From Tubiluchus corallicola (lineage: Eukaryota > Animalia > Priapulida): a stretch of 64,000 nt of DNA. Below are positions 1 through 14,956 of the stretch, one piece after another (positions within the stretch are counted from its first letter, which is position 1; each line of letters opens with the position of its first letter). The notes beneath the pieces were generated by a model. It did no database searches. It saw only the letters and a list, made by a program, of their open reading frames with translations, and was not told the origin of the DNA. A program made the position numbers and the translations under genes. The stretch is from NCBI GenBank assembly GCA_030141605.1, contig JAQGDQ010000039.1, forward strand, positions 843,924 through 907,923. The letters run 5' to 3'.

Positions 1-327
1 AGTGTATTATCATGCCTAGATCCAGACATTGCACCAGTACAAATTCGAGATGTGTTAATTGAATTTTTTCAACAAGGGTCAGAGAGCCACTACCACAACC
101 AGACTACACAATGTTGCCATATGCAATAGCTGGCAATATAATACTTTTAAATAAATGCTCACACGGGGTAATATGTAAAATATGCAGTTTTTGAAACCAT
201 AGACCAGGCTTTTATAATAAATTTTTAATGATAGGGAAGTCACTTCTTGTTATTAATATATTTTATGTGTATGTATAACTAGGTTTACTTGTGTTTTACT
301 GTACATCAACTAAATTTTGCATTGCAG

Positions 328-2476
<2,149 letters not shown>

Positions 2477-4259
2477 AGGGCAGCAATTCTAGATTTTGTA
2501 CTTGTCGTTAGGGACTGTAGGGTGATCCGTAGGGTTACATGTGAAAGTTTTGTAATTAATCTAGTGTGCAAATTGTAAATATAAAGTGTTTATTGAATTA
2601 GAGCATGACATTTGTCTACATGCATAATCACCAAATAAATTTTCCCAAACTTTTCAAACTATTCACATGTCAAACATTGAATGCCTTTCAAAGTATTAGT
2701 TCCATCTAGAATTTGTGGTGAGAATACGTTCTTGCCCAGGTGAATACATTTTTAATCTACTGATTTGTTCTATACATAATTAGAATGTTTATAAGGTTAT
2801 AAGGCGTGGAAATGTGGATGTTTCACTGCAAGCTTTATATATGAAGGTCAAGTCAAATAAATGTTTTGAAGTCTATTATAGGTTTCTTTCCCAGCACGAG
2901 GAATCCAGTATAAAGATTTTTTTAAAGTAAAAGGTATTAACAAATTTAAGTACTTTTTGGAATTTTTTAAGAACTTGCATACTGCATTTTCATTTTGAGG
3001 AAGAAACCAGAATTACCGAGGAAGGGACCAGACTTCAAAATATTTCTCATTTGACTTAGTTTTTGTATTAGACGTAATGCACATCTGCGTATTCGTCCAT
3101 TTTATATCTTTTAATTGTATATGTTTGCTGATGCTAATTTTATTAAAGCTTAGTATACTGCATTTAAAATATTGGTCTCACCATGAAACTGAAGGAACAG
3201 TAACAAAATTTAAAATTCGTATAGTTTTCGTCAAATCGCATCACAATATTTAAGCTTTGCATTTATTTGTTTTGAGAAATTTTAATTTTGTAGAAGTTTT
3301 GACTGGCTGTTTGCTGGTTAAACTATAAACACGTTTTCCATATTATTTTTTTCCGTATTACTTACCAAGTTCTATACATCATTCAAATTGTCTCATTTTA
3401 TTCCATTAGCAGCTCCAGCCTACTCTATACTCCGATATGCAAGCTAATTTCCGTGTACATTGGCTGTTAAATTTATCTTTTTGGTATTATCCTCTATTTG
3501 TTCTTTTTTGGTATTATTTTCAAAATGTGCAACAACTTTTGAAATGAATTTAGTTGTCACTTGTGTTTATAATTATTGTTTGTGGAATACGATTTATTGT
3601 ATAGAAACATCTTTATTAGATAGAGTGATATTTAAAAATGGCCTTGAAGAAAAGTATTTGGAAATAAGATTGAAAAAAGATTGAAAACCTGTTTATTTTA
3701 TTATGACGTTATATTTTAGAATGCCAACTTTTGATGAAATTTGTTATCAATAGCAATTCTCAAGTGTTAGTTGCAAATTATGTAAATACATATCAGGGTT
3801 GCAGTACTGTAAATGTGTAAGGTAAATAAGGCCGGTAATGTCCATCCAGGTAAATTTGTTTGTTGTAATTTCTGTTTAACAATGTAATCGTAAAATTATG
3901 TCGGGCAGCATAGTGCTAATGCATCTTGAGTTTTAAATTGTCATTTAGTGCTCGTTAATTGTGTTCTGTGGTTTATGTGCTCAAATAAATAATCTTAATG
4001 CTTCTATTTTTGCGTCGCAGTATGTTAAGTTATTAAGTATGGTAAGTTACGCATTAATAGTCTTAAAGTCAGGTTTTAGAAAGAAATTTGAAACAGAAAT
4101 ATAAATTTTAATTATTATTTATTAGTTATCCAACTTGCTGACTATGCTTAAATGAACACCATATCATATACGATTATAAAATACAGCATGATAAAACAAA
4201 TTCCTCTTTATAAAAGTTTTTTTTAAAGTTGCTTTTCTAGGAGAGTTTGCCCACATTCA

Positions 4260-4394
4260 GATGCATCAAGTGCGCAGGGAGATGGCGAGCGATGGATGCA
4301 TCAGTGCGCAGGGAGATGGCGAGCGATGGATGCATCAGTGCGCAGGGAGATGGCGAGCGATGGATGCACCAGTGCGCAGGGAGATGGTGATGCA
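4260..4394. repeat. GC-rich minisatellite, 34-bp unit GATGCATCAGTGCGCAGGGAGATGGCGAGCGATG, about 4 copies
   Basis: Near-perfect tandem copies read directly from the sequence. Confidence 0.95.
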
Positions 4395-4735
4395 TGCAAA
4401 TGATTCGTCTCGCCTTTTCTTGTCGACCAACCATCACGTAATATTTCGGTGGAACACTATTCATAAAATCTTATGTAATGGTATGAGCCAGCAACAACAG
4501 TAGCCGTCGTCGTTACCGTTGTCATAATAGTAGTTAGTAGACTTTATCTAGCATTAGTAAGTGTCAAGTACACGTAGACATATGACGCATGCGAGTAGCA
4601 GCAATATAATGAAATTTAAAAAAACTGTTCTCGTTTGTCATGGTTCTCGGTTTAGAAGCCACCAAAATTTCAAATGAATTTATTCTAATAAATTACAATT
4701 CACGTTCAATAATGTACAAGTAGAATATTGTAACA

Positions 4736-4873
4736 TTGAGCCGATGGTGCTTATACGCTTGAAAAAACAGTAGCAAAGTGAAATTATAGAATCAAGTAAC
4801 TCGCCAGATATTTAATCTAATGTGCTTCATGTCGGTTGTCATTACGGAGCAGGTGCTGAGGTAGAAAACGCAC
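4736..4873 (+). repeat. Partial SINE-body copy (direct repeat of about 6824-6990)
   Basis: Shares AAATTATAGAATCA.GTAACTCGCCAGATAT..ATGTCGGTTGTCATTACGGAGCAGGTGCTGAGGT.GAAAAC with the downstream copy. Confidence 0.85.
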
Positions 4874-4877
4874 TTTT

Positions 4878-6750
4878 TCAAGAATAAATCTGTGGTAATG
4901 TTCCAAAATCAATAAAGCATCCTGAATAATTGGTGATTATCAAGCAAAGGTTTAGACTTGGCTGATAATTATTTTGACCTATTGTGTTCTCGTTCGCCTC
5001 TGTAGGACCCCAGGATTTGCATTTGGCATTAAAATCGCCTATAAAGATAAGGCAATACGGTTGCTTCAACGTGTTGTTTAAAAGATTGTCATATGACTGT
5101 TGTAACTTTTCTATAAACTCGTTCTCTTCCTGGGATACTTGAGATGGCGAACGATAACATAAACACATAAATAATACTAGCTTTTAATTGATTCTCAAAC
5201 CATAAAAACTCGTAGCAATTGTGAGGTATAATATCAGCATGAACCTTAAAAATAATGGCAGTTGATACACGTTCTCGCGTTCGCGTGGATGAAGGAAAAA
5301 CACTAGTAGTTGCGTCTTTACACTGAAGGTCAGAGAATCACATTTCTTTACTCCACGCCACATGCTTACCTCCGCAATTATTGCACTTTTCAGTTTCGGA
5401 TTCACAGGACTCAGTTTGGTGATTTGGGGAACACTTCCCACAAACAGGGCTTGATCGACAACAATTAGCTACATGATTATATTTATAACAGTTGTAACAA
5501 ATAATAGGTTTGTTCTTAATAACAAATTTTTCAACCTGATAAAACACGTTACCAATGTGTATTCCTTCCGAAGTTGCTTTTTCTGAAGACTTTTGAAAGG
5601 TCACTTTTACGAGTGGTAATGCAGAACCATCCTTACGCCTAAATCTTGTTATTTGCGCACCATCGTAGTATCGAGTGACATCAGATAATACCTCGTCGTC
5701 ACGTAAGCTGGAGTCACAGTCTCGTATTAGGCCCAGAACTTCACTAGTCGGTAGCCTTGCACTAGTATTAGTTCCCAAATAGTGAGGCTGCCATTTGTTC
5801 ACTATGTTTGTTGCTTCTTCTTTAGATTTCAACTGGAATTGAATTTTGCCTCTAGTTGTGATAAGAACATTCTCGAAACGTTTACGTGGGAAATGCTCAC
5901 ACAAGTGTTTCTTTACTGAGAGACTCGTTTGCACAATTTCCTTGTCTTTTACATTGTCTATTATAACAGTATGATGGGGTCATAAGTATGACTTGTTTTG
6001 ACATTCAGTTTGGGTGTTGCCCTAGTTTCGCGAGCCTTAGCACAAGACATAGCTACGGATCCTGCTACCGCGTTGCTCCAAGAAGGTTTAGCGTTCACTG
6101 CCTTTTCAGCCATTGTTTCTATTTTTTGATTTAAGATGGCAAATCGGTTTTCTAGGTCTGAGGCACGCACTAACTGATTCGGTTTTGAAGATAAAATGTT
6201 TATTACTTCCGTTACATGGTTTAAGTTTTTGCTGACTTTAATTAAATGAATTGCTACCGATTTTAGATCAGAAACAATATCTTCGTCAATATCTGCTCAG
6301 GCGCATAGAATTATCTGAGAATTTGTACCTTCCGCACTTGAAACAAAGCTTTTATTCTGCTCAGCCTGACAATAACATTTGTCACACGAGAAAGCTTCCA
6401 CTTGTCTTGGCTTTACTGTTGGACAAGTTTTTCGACAAACTTGGCAGCTACTTCGCCCATGTTTCTGGTTGCTTCTTGACTGTTCTGCGTTATTCATACT
6501 GCTGCGGGTAATTGAACTCTATTATCCAGCAATCACTAGCCAATAATGACCTGGAATAACGACGTTACCAGACGGGTTTGCCAAATATTCTTACTACCAC
6601 AACTTTTGCATCAATATAAAGTCACCATGAAGCGCAGACGACATTTACACGTCAATAACAATTGTTATGACGAAGATGCACGCTTTCCAACAAAAAACTA
6701 ACAATTTTCAGAGCAAGATCAGTTCACGACTTCGCACCTACACAGCTCGT
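4878..6750 (-). mobile_element. Degenerate non-LTR retrotransposon, 5' half: ORF1 (Cys-rich N-terminus, triple zinc knuckle) plus start of the ORF2 apurinic endonuclease
   Basis: ORF 5338-5934 ends CYNCYKYNHVANCC..CGKCSPNH..C..KCNNCGGKHVAWSKE (gag-like CCHC knuckles). ORF 4878-5168 has YRSPS and IGDFNAK (APE motifs). ORF 6297-6497 has CQVC..CDKC (PHD-like). Frameshifted; no RT present. Confidence 0.88.
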
Positions 6751-6754
6751 AAAA

Positions 6755-7110
6755 ACAACCGATCTAAGGTTGTAGGTTCGAATCCGCTGAGGGCGCTTAG
6801 GACTACTGGCCATCAGTGTAACGTTGAGCGGATGGTGCTGATTCTCTACGCTATAGCACAGTTGTGAAGAAAACGCAAAAAAGCAGTAATAAAAGTTAAA
6901 TTATAGAATCATGTAACTCGCCAGATATCTAATGCAATACGCTCTATGTCGGTTGTCATTACGGAGCAGGTGCTGAGGTGGAAAACACACCTGCCCGTCA
7001 ACCCCCATTGAACCGACGAAGCCATTCCATAGCGACGATTTTGTACCTGGTATTCAACGCCACTAGGCAATGGCTTCGTAAGGACGAGACCACCAGTGCA
7101 GAGGGGGGTC
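6755..7110 (+). mobile_element. tRNA-derived SINE (5'-truncated head plus body)
   Basis: Perfect Pol III B-box GGTTCGAATCC at 6775-6785. The body is duplicated at 4736-4873. Internal 11-bp inverted repeat at 7016-7026/7069-7079. Confidence 0.65.
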
Positions 7111-7880
7111 AAAAATAAATGGCATTTCGTCCGCGTAACAATGGATTAAATAGCAGAAAAATCACATATACTTTTATATCTTTTGTCTGTGCATATATCA
7201 GTAAAGCTATTCACCAGTACAACTAATATTATGTCAAAAATACCGAGCTGTCATCTGCTATCACTGACCACGTTCGTACAACATTGTCAAATAAATCGGG
7301 CAATTACATCCCCATTACTATATATAGTCACACGTTTGCTAACACGCCATTAGTTGGTAACAAAACCAACTTGATACTGCAACTCGATTAGGAATGGAAA
7401 ATTTAGGCCTCGTTACGTTTATGATGATTAGTGTGCTAATTCATATTATTATTGCTATACGGGGGCGTTGTGCGCTCAGCAATTTTCCCATTTCGCGTAA
7501 TGATGACGCCTCGCAGATTCGTAATAACGGACTAACTCGTCAAATATAGCATCTTGGTATTTCTTATCTGAACATTTATCAAATCATCAGAACACCACAA
7601 AAGCTCTTGGCTGCTCATGTACTAATTGCGTTGGATTAGCTGCTATCACCTGATTTGGTTCGCATTCACCGCTCACAAGTATATTATGTTGTCTATAGGT
7701 AGGCAGGGTCTTTTTCAGCTGAAGTTAGACAGTGGTAAAAGCTGCCATAACATAACATATAGCATGACTCCTAACAAACTTATGCTACAGCCATTTCATT
7801 GCGTTTTCATTAGTACTGCCTCATCGTTTCTTTCCATTTTTTTACAATTTACAATTCCTCACACGCTTTTAACCTTAATC

Positions 7881-9030
<1,150 letters not shown>

Positions 9031-10456
9031 ACCTTAATCCTAACCCCAATTCTAACTCTAATCCTAATCCGCTCCACGAACTAATTTCTTGCGTGTGGAC
9101 AATTGTATTCTGCCCCTAACACCTAACAATACGCTATGCTTTGCAGTTGGGCTTTTCAAGTCCTAGCTTTTAGTTCAGCTACAAGCAGTTGCGTGTTAAT
9201 TGTTCACATATTAATTAATTAATTGCTCCCTTGAAAAGTAATTATAATGGTGTTTTCTCTAATAAACAACCATTTTAATGAAGCCAATGTGACAACTCTC
9301 TGATGCATTACCGAAGACTTCTCTCATGACCGCCTACTGTTAATACGTCATTTAACGAGATTAGGAAATAATGATTGTACAAGCCACAGATGTGCCTATA
9401 ATACGAGTTGCGTCGAAGTTTGAAGGTGAATTTACCGTGACGTAACTTCGTGTGTTTCCAAAAGAAGTCATTATTCAAGTAATTTGTTTAAAAACATCAC
9501 CATTGATTATCGTCATACACGCTGCAGTTCATATTCTTATTATCATTTTATTTTTTAATGACATAATTTTGTTATGTACATTCATTTTTGTGTCTTGTAT
9601 GTGTGCGCGTACTAACGTATGCATCTGTGTGCACTTTTCTTACTGGAATAACTTCTAATGACTAAAAGTAAAATTTGTAAAATACAAGTACTTGCAATGG
9701 CGATAACAGCACTGGCAACACTAACGGCAACAGCAACAACACTAAACCGATGAGAATGACCATCACCGTCACATCAACGCCGCCACCATCACCACCGCCA
9801 CACCCCCACCATCAACAACAACAACATTGGACATTTAGTCTTCACATGCAATTTTAACAGCTACTTGCAATTTTTAATCACTTGAAGGTTTTTAATTGTA
9901 CTCGGACATACATGAAACATGTAAATAGTTTTTTATTATTATCCTGAAAGCAGGTTTTTTGAACTCAAAGTACACAAAAGACCAGACCACCAAATTACAA
10001 AAATTGTGGAATAAACGTTATCCAAGTACAATAATTTTTAATTATATTGTTTGTGAAAGATTTACTCATTATGTGAAAATCTGCATCAACTAGCAAGTGT
10101 GTATCGTTCAATGTCTTTGCAGGTACATGTAGCTTGTGTCCTAGCTTTGTTAACATTTTGCAGATTTGATATTCCATTAGTTGAAATGCTTGGGAAAAGT
10201 TCAACTTAGGTCTTGTTGCTACTGATTTGAGAATGTCACAAAAAAAACTTGGAGGTATGTGGTCGTATGTTTGTCTCAAAGTCACTCTTGCACAGAAGTA
10301 GCCACCAAGCAAGAGTTTTGCCATCCTATATTGCTACGTGCAGAATAAAAAGAACACGCGCACTAACACACATGCTCTGCTTGTTGCCATAATTCTTAAC
10401 CAGACAGTCTATATTAGCTCATGCATCTGCTCAGAAAAGTGCGTTCAATTCTGACA

Positions 10457-10738
10457 TGACATCACCATTTCCCGCAATGACGTCATGTTACTCCTACACA
10501 CTCTAGGCTAGCTCTCACAATTCGCCCGGTTTTGGCGAACTAGTTGCAGACTATTGGTAGGAAAAGGAGACTGCAGATTCGAATCTGCACGAAACTGGTT
10601 AAAAACGATGGTCTAAAATGTCGCCTAATATAAATAGCTATCAAAATCACTGAGGTCTTCGATTATTTGTGCCAATAAGACTTAGTAGAGACGCGCGCAC
10701 GAAAAGTGTAAACCGGTGCACCGTTTTTAAAGGTGAGT
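10457..10738 (+). promoter_or_regulatory. Candidate Pol II promoter plus non-coding first exon
   Basis: CRE TGACGTCA 10478-10485 (and TGACATCA 10457-10464), reverse CCAAT (ATTGG) 10553-10557, TATAAATA 10629-10636 and a consensus donor AAG|GTGAGT at 10733, in canonical order and spacing. Confidence 0.5.
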
Positions 10739-12210
10739 TGAGAATTTTACAGTTCCATTCGTATAAAAAATCTAGTCATAATGGTTAGCATGCTTAGAAT
10801 GACACAAACAACGACGACTAAAACAAAAAAGTCGGTTAAAGCTGCAAAATTATCATATAATAATCATATACATTCTCGAGTTTAATGTCAAAATTAGAAA
10901 GCCGTAAATTACGTAAATGTTTGCAATATACATAGAGAAAATTCACGTAAAGCTAGCGAGGTTGTACTCCTACCGCTAATTATAAAATGCTTGTATAACT
11001 GGAAATTATGCAAGTTTGTTCGTGTATGTTATTAACTATTTACACGGCTTCGTTACAAAGTGTTGCACTTTCCTTTCACTCGTGTAAAAAATGAGAGGTT
11101 TTGTTGCAAAATATTTATATAGGTAGGTGGGCTTATAACGACAAATTTTAAATTTTTCAATGACATTTTTTTCAATTTTCGGGAAAAAGTACGCATTTTT
11201 GACTAACAATTCTGACATCAAAACTCAGAATTGCAAATTTCATCCTGCAAATAGTAGGCTGTATGTGTATATATTGTGCAAATAAAGATTTATTCATCAT
11301 CATCATCATCATCATCAAAACTCATGACTTCTACCGTTAATAATTACTATTAGTGTAAGATGCTTAGTGTATTTGGCATTATGCAGTAAAAAGTAAAGTT
11401 TCTTGTAAAAGTAAGACAAGCTTTATTTAAAATTGTTCGTGGGCTTATAATAACAAATTCTCGAAATTTCTCATTTTTTTGCGAAAAGAGTGAAAACGCG
11501 TGTGAACTTGAGTACTTAGAGTTAGTTTTAAGCTCATGTTGGCAGGTATTATTGTTAACAATAAAAAACCTGTGCACTTTTCCTGTTTTGGGTAAATGTC
11601 AGTTTATTGTTACTGCTCTACGCCATTATGATTTCCACGCCTATATCAGCGTGCATAAGTAAATATGACGTTGTTTGTTCGTTGCACGAGTTTATTACAG
11701 ACGGCAAGTAATAAGCGTGTGAAACAACACTCACGTTATACAACACCTCGCATATATTATCGTGTCATATTTACCTACCAATAAGTGATAAAGTAAGCCG
11801 TCAACACATTGTAATTTCTGACCAAATAATGTGGCATGTATGAACGGATCATACACAGTCAAACACACACACCTCCGCAAAATAGTGCGAACTTCGCGTT
11901 TTCGCTCCTGCTCAGCTGTTTGAGTTTTATATTAAGTATGAAATGGATTGAAAAATTATAATCCCGCACGTGTTAATGTTCACATAGTTGCGTTTAGAAG
12001 TGCAGTTTGTTAGATTATAGAATAGGGAATTTATGTGCTTTAATCGTGCTTGGCTAGCGATTTTCGAATCTCTCGATTTTTTCCTTCAAATGATCAGTTT
12101 TCTTTCTTCTTTTAGGAAAGTTGGCTTTGTACTGTCCATTATTGGTAAATTGGAAGCTATGGAAATAATATTTTGTTTTATGTAAAAATAAATTTCTGTT
12201 CTGCTGTGTT

Positions 12211-12365
12211 CCATTCTATTCTATTCTATTCTATTCTATTCTATTCTATTCTATTCTATTCTATTCTATTCTATTCTATTCTATTCCATTCCATTCCATT
12301 CCATTCCATTCCATTCCATTCCATTCCATTCTATTCTATTCTATTCTATTCTATTCTATTCTATT
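12211..12365. repeat. Pentanucleotide microsatellite (CTATT)n(CCATT)n(CTATT)n
   Basis: Direct reading. Confidence 0.98.
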
Positions 12366-12989
12366 TTGTTCTGCTCTGTTCTATTCTAATCTATTTTGTT
12401 TTATTAATATTCTGTTTTGTTCTATCTTATTCTGAGCTCAGTGCAAAGGTGGAGCAATAATAATAATTAAATAGCACATTACAGAATTGGAAGAAAAAAT
12501 GCTACTGGGCAATAAGTGTAAGGCCTTACACCTAATTCAGACCAGCATTCAGAGACACTTAGCTTGGGCGCAGAATAAGACTTCTAAAATGAAGATTACC
12601 GTTAGATCATCGTTAAAATCATTGCTACAAAAATCCTCGTTATGTTCGCCTTTAAACTGTACGAATCTGACAAAAGTGATATGGACATTAAAAATCATTT
12701 TACTTATTAAACAAAATATTGTTATTAATGATAGCAACGAAGGTCAGTCATCAGCTACAAGCATATAAACTAAATCGCACCTGCTCGCAAAGCACGTACC
12801 GTACATTTTAGTAACGACTATTTAGTGTTTCACAATAAAATACTCAGGAGATTTCGATCCTATTGAGTCTGTTTATTGTTTTCAGCCTCACTTTTAAGTA
12901 ATAGTCATATTTAATGAACATTACAATGTACAGAAACTGTGAATGGTGTATGAAATATGTGATAACCTTGTCAATTTAAATTTTGATTA

Positions 12990-13200
12990 ATTTTTGAATA
13001 TGTACCGCGGTTAGGCCTTAGGGCAACAGCTATGAATTATTTAAAAATTATTGCAGGTTGAATATATTTAAATTTTCCTTTTTGAATAGAGTTATTGAAA
13101 TTTGGAACTCTTTGCCAGAAGATGGTGTATGCTAACTCTGTACAGTATTTGATTCAAAATAAAAAAAAGAATTTAATGATCTTTTGTAAATTTACTTGCG
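12990..13200 (+). mobile_element. 3'-end fragment of a CR1/L2-type LINE
   Basis: Translates GNSYELFKNYCRLNIFKFSFLNRVIEIWNSLPED, the typical ORF2 C-terminal motif (FF.NRV..WNSLP). Confidence 0.75.
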
Positions 13201-13599
13201 ACTAATAACTTTGAGGTGCCTGCAAGAGCTTCTAGGCTTGGTGGTCTTCTCCATTCAACAAACTGTTAATTTATATATACTGTAATTACGACTTTGTATT
13301 TGTGCAGTTTTTCTGTAATTTAATTTTTATGTTGAAGGTATAAATACAAACACGATTAATGTATAATTATAATATTAATTTACTAATATAGCAGTTGATA
13401 AGGACTCAAGAGGACTCCATACATCCTGAGTATTTTGTTGCGAATGTTTAACGTTTAGGCACAGTTTTATGCATTTAATGAATAAACTTACACCGGTTAA
13501 GCTGACAAAATAGTTGTAGCAAATCTCGAAAAGCCATTATTCGTTCCATTTCTTCGTCATTTTTTTCATCCGAGAATAAAAATGGAAGTTTTCTCAGTT

Positions 13600-14285
13600 T
13601 CTGAAAGTTGTTGATCGTGTTCATGATAGTCGTATGTTGTTAATTCTGTTCATGAGTGTCATAAGTTGTTAGCTGTGCTCACGAGTGTCATAAGTTGTTC
13701 AGTTTAGTGTTTCATTTGCTAACTTCTCTCCCTGGCTGTACTCATTCATCTTTCTCAGGTGTCTAGTCTGCACCCCATTCATTTAATTGTACGTTTTTTG
13801 CTCTATTTTGTTTTTATCATTAATGACTTTTTTCTGTTCGTTTTGTTGTTTGTTGAATTAAAAATCACTCAGGTGATCGGTTGTTTGTGGGTTGGCTAGT
13901 CAATTGGTTGCCAGTCAGCCATTACGATGTATGGTTGGGCTGCTGGCTGACAGTTTGTTGGTTGCATGATAGATAAATTTATTGTTGGTGTTTTTACTTA
14001 CTTGGTAGATTGGTCAGTCAATCAGTTGCCCAGTTGAATGGCTGGTTGCTTGTGGTTGCATGATCGGTTAGTTAATTGTTGAATGGTTAGTTGATTAGTA
14101 AGTTGGTCAGTGAGTCGGAAAGTCCATTGGTAGCTTACCAAGTTGGAGGGCCAAATGTCGTTTGGTTGGTCGAGTGGTTAACCTGTTGCTTTGTTCGTTA
14201 ATCCTTACAATCGTTACACTTTTTTCAGTTGACCGGCTGATAAATCGACAAGTTATTAAATTGGTCAGTTGGGTCTGCCAGTCTG
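13600..14285. repeat. About 29-bp tandem repeat (13603-13700) and degenerate GTTG/GTCA tetramer tract (13870-14285)
   Basis: GAGTGTCATAAGTTGTT repeated; low-complexity GT-rich tract. Confidence 0.7.
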
Positions 14286-14695
14286 TCTTGAGCCGCGGAC
14301 ATTTGTATACTCATCCAAACGTGGCTGAAACATCTCTGTCTGTTCAAGCAGCTCAACGTCTTATTTTGACGAATCATGTTTTTGAAAGTGAGATGGTCCT
14401 TCCACTATCAACATCATAACATGATAAGTAGGCCGTATCTTTGCGTGGCAGATACTGACCAGCAGTGTGCGAAACATCGCAAAACTGCACGCAGAAGTAA
14501 CTTTGTCGCCATTTTGTCCATCTTGTCTCAGATAATAGTTGTGCATTACAGACAGTTGATATTCCAAGACCTGTTCTGTTATTGCACTTTTGAATCCACA
14601 CGTTAGGAACACACTAACAATCCAGAGACGTCACCTTTATTAAACAACGAATTGTCTGGGTTTTGCCAAGTTTCTATGGTTATCAGCTGCAAAAT

Positions 14696-14956
14696 ATGCA
14701 GCAAGAAGTGCGATTTTTTTTCACAATAGTCAGTGCAATGCTATTAAGTTGCGCGTCATCGTTATTGAACGGACTTTTTTCCGAAAGTCGCCTAAGACGC
14801 GATAGTCGCTCAAAAACCGGTTTATTAATGTTGTCGTTTTGCATCGGTTTCTGATCTTTGTACTCGGCTTAGACGAGAACATTATAATAATGATTGCATA
14901 AAACACCTTTTTCTGTCAAAGGTGCTGGCTGGAAGGAATGCAGTAGACTGTGTGAG
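14696..14956 (+). CDS. Tentative signal-peptide/propeptide exons (14696-14819, 14922-14956) of the Spaetzle-like gene
   Basis: MQQEVRFFFTIVSAMLLSCASS looks like a signal peptide and is followed by RLRR. Splices are phase-compatible with GAGWKECSRLCE and on to 15736 (RSSAELAKRQRRQ). The first donor (GTTTAT) is weak and the link to the terminal exon is not established. Confidence 0.3.

Noticed and set aside
4260-4394. Possible CRISPR array
   Set aside because: Contiguous tandem units without spacers, eukaryotic context, no cas genes.
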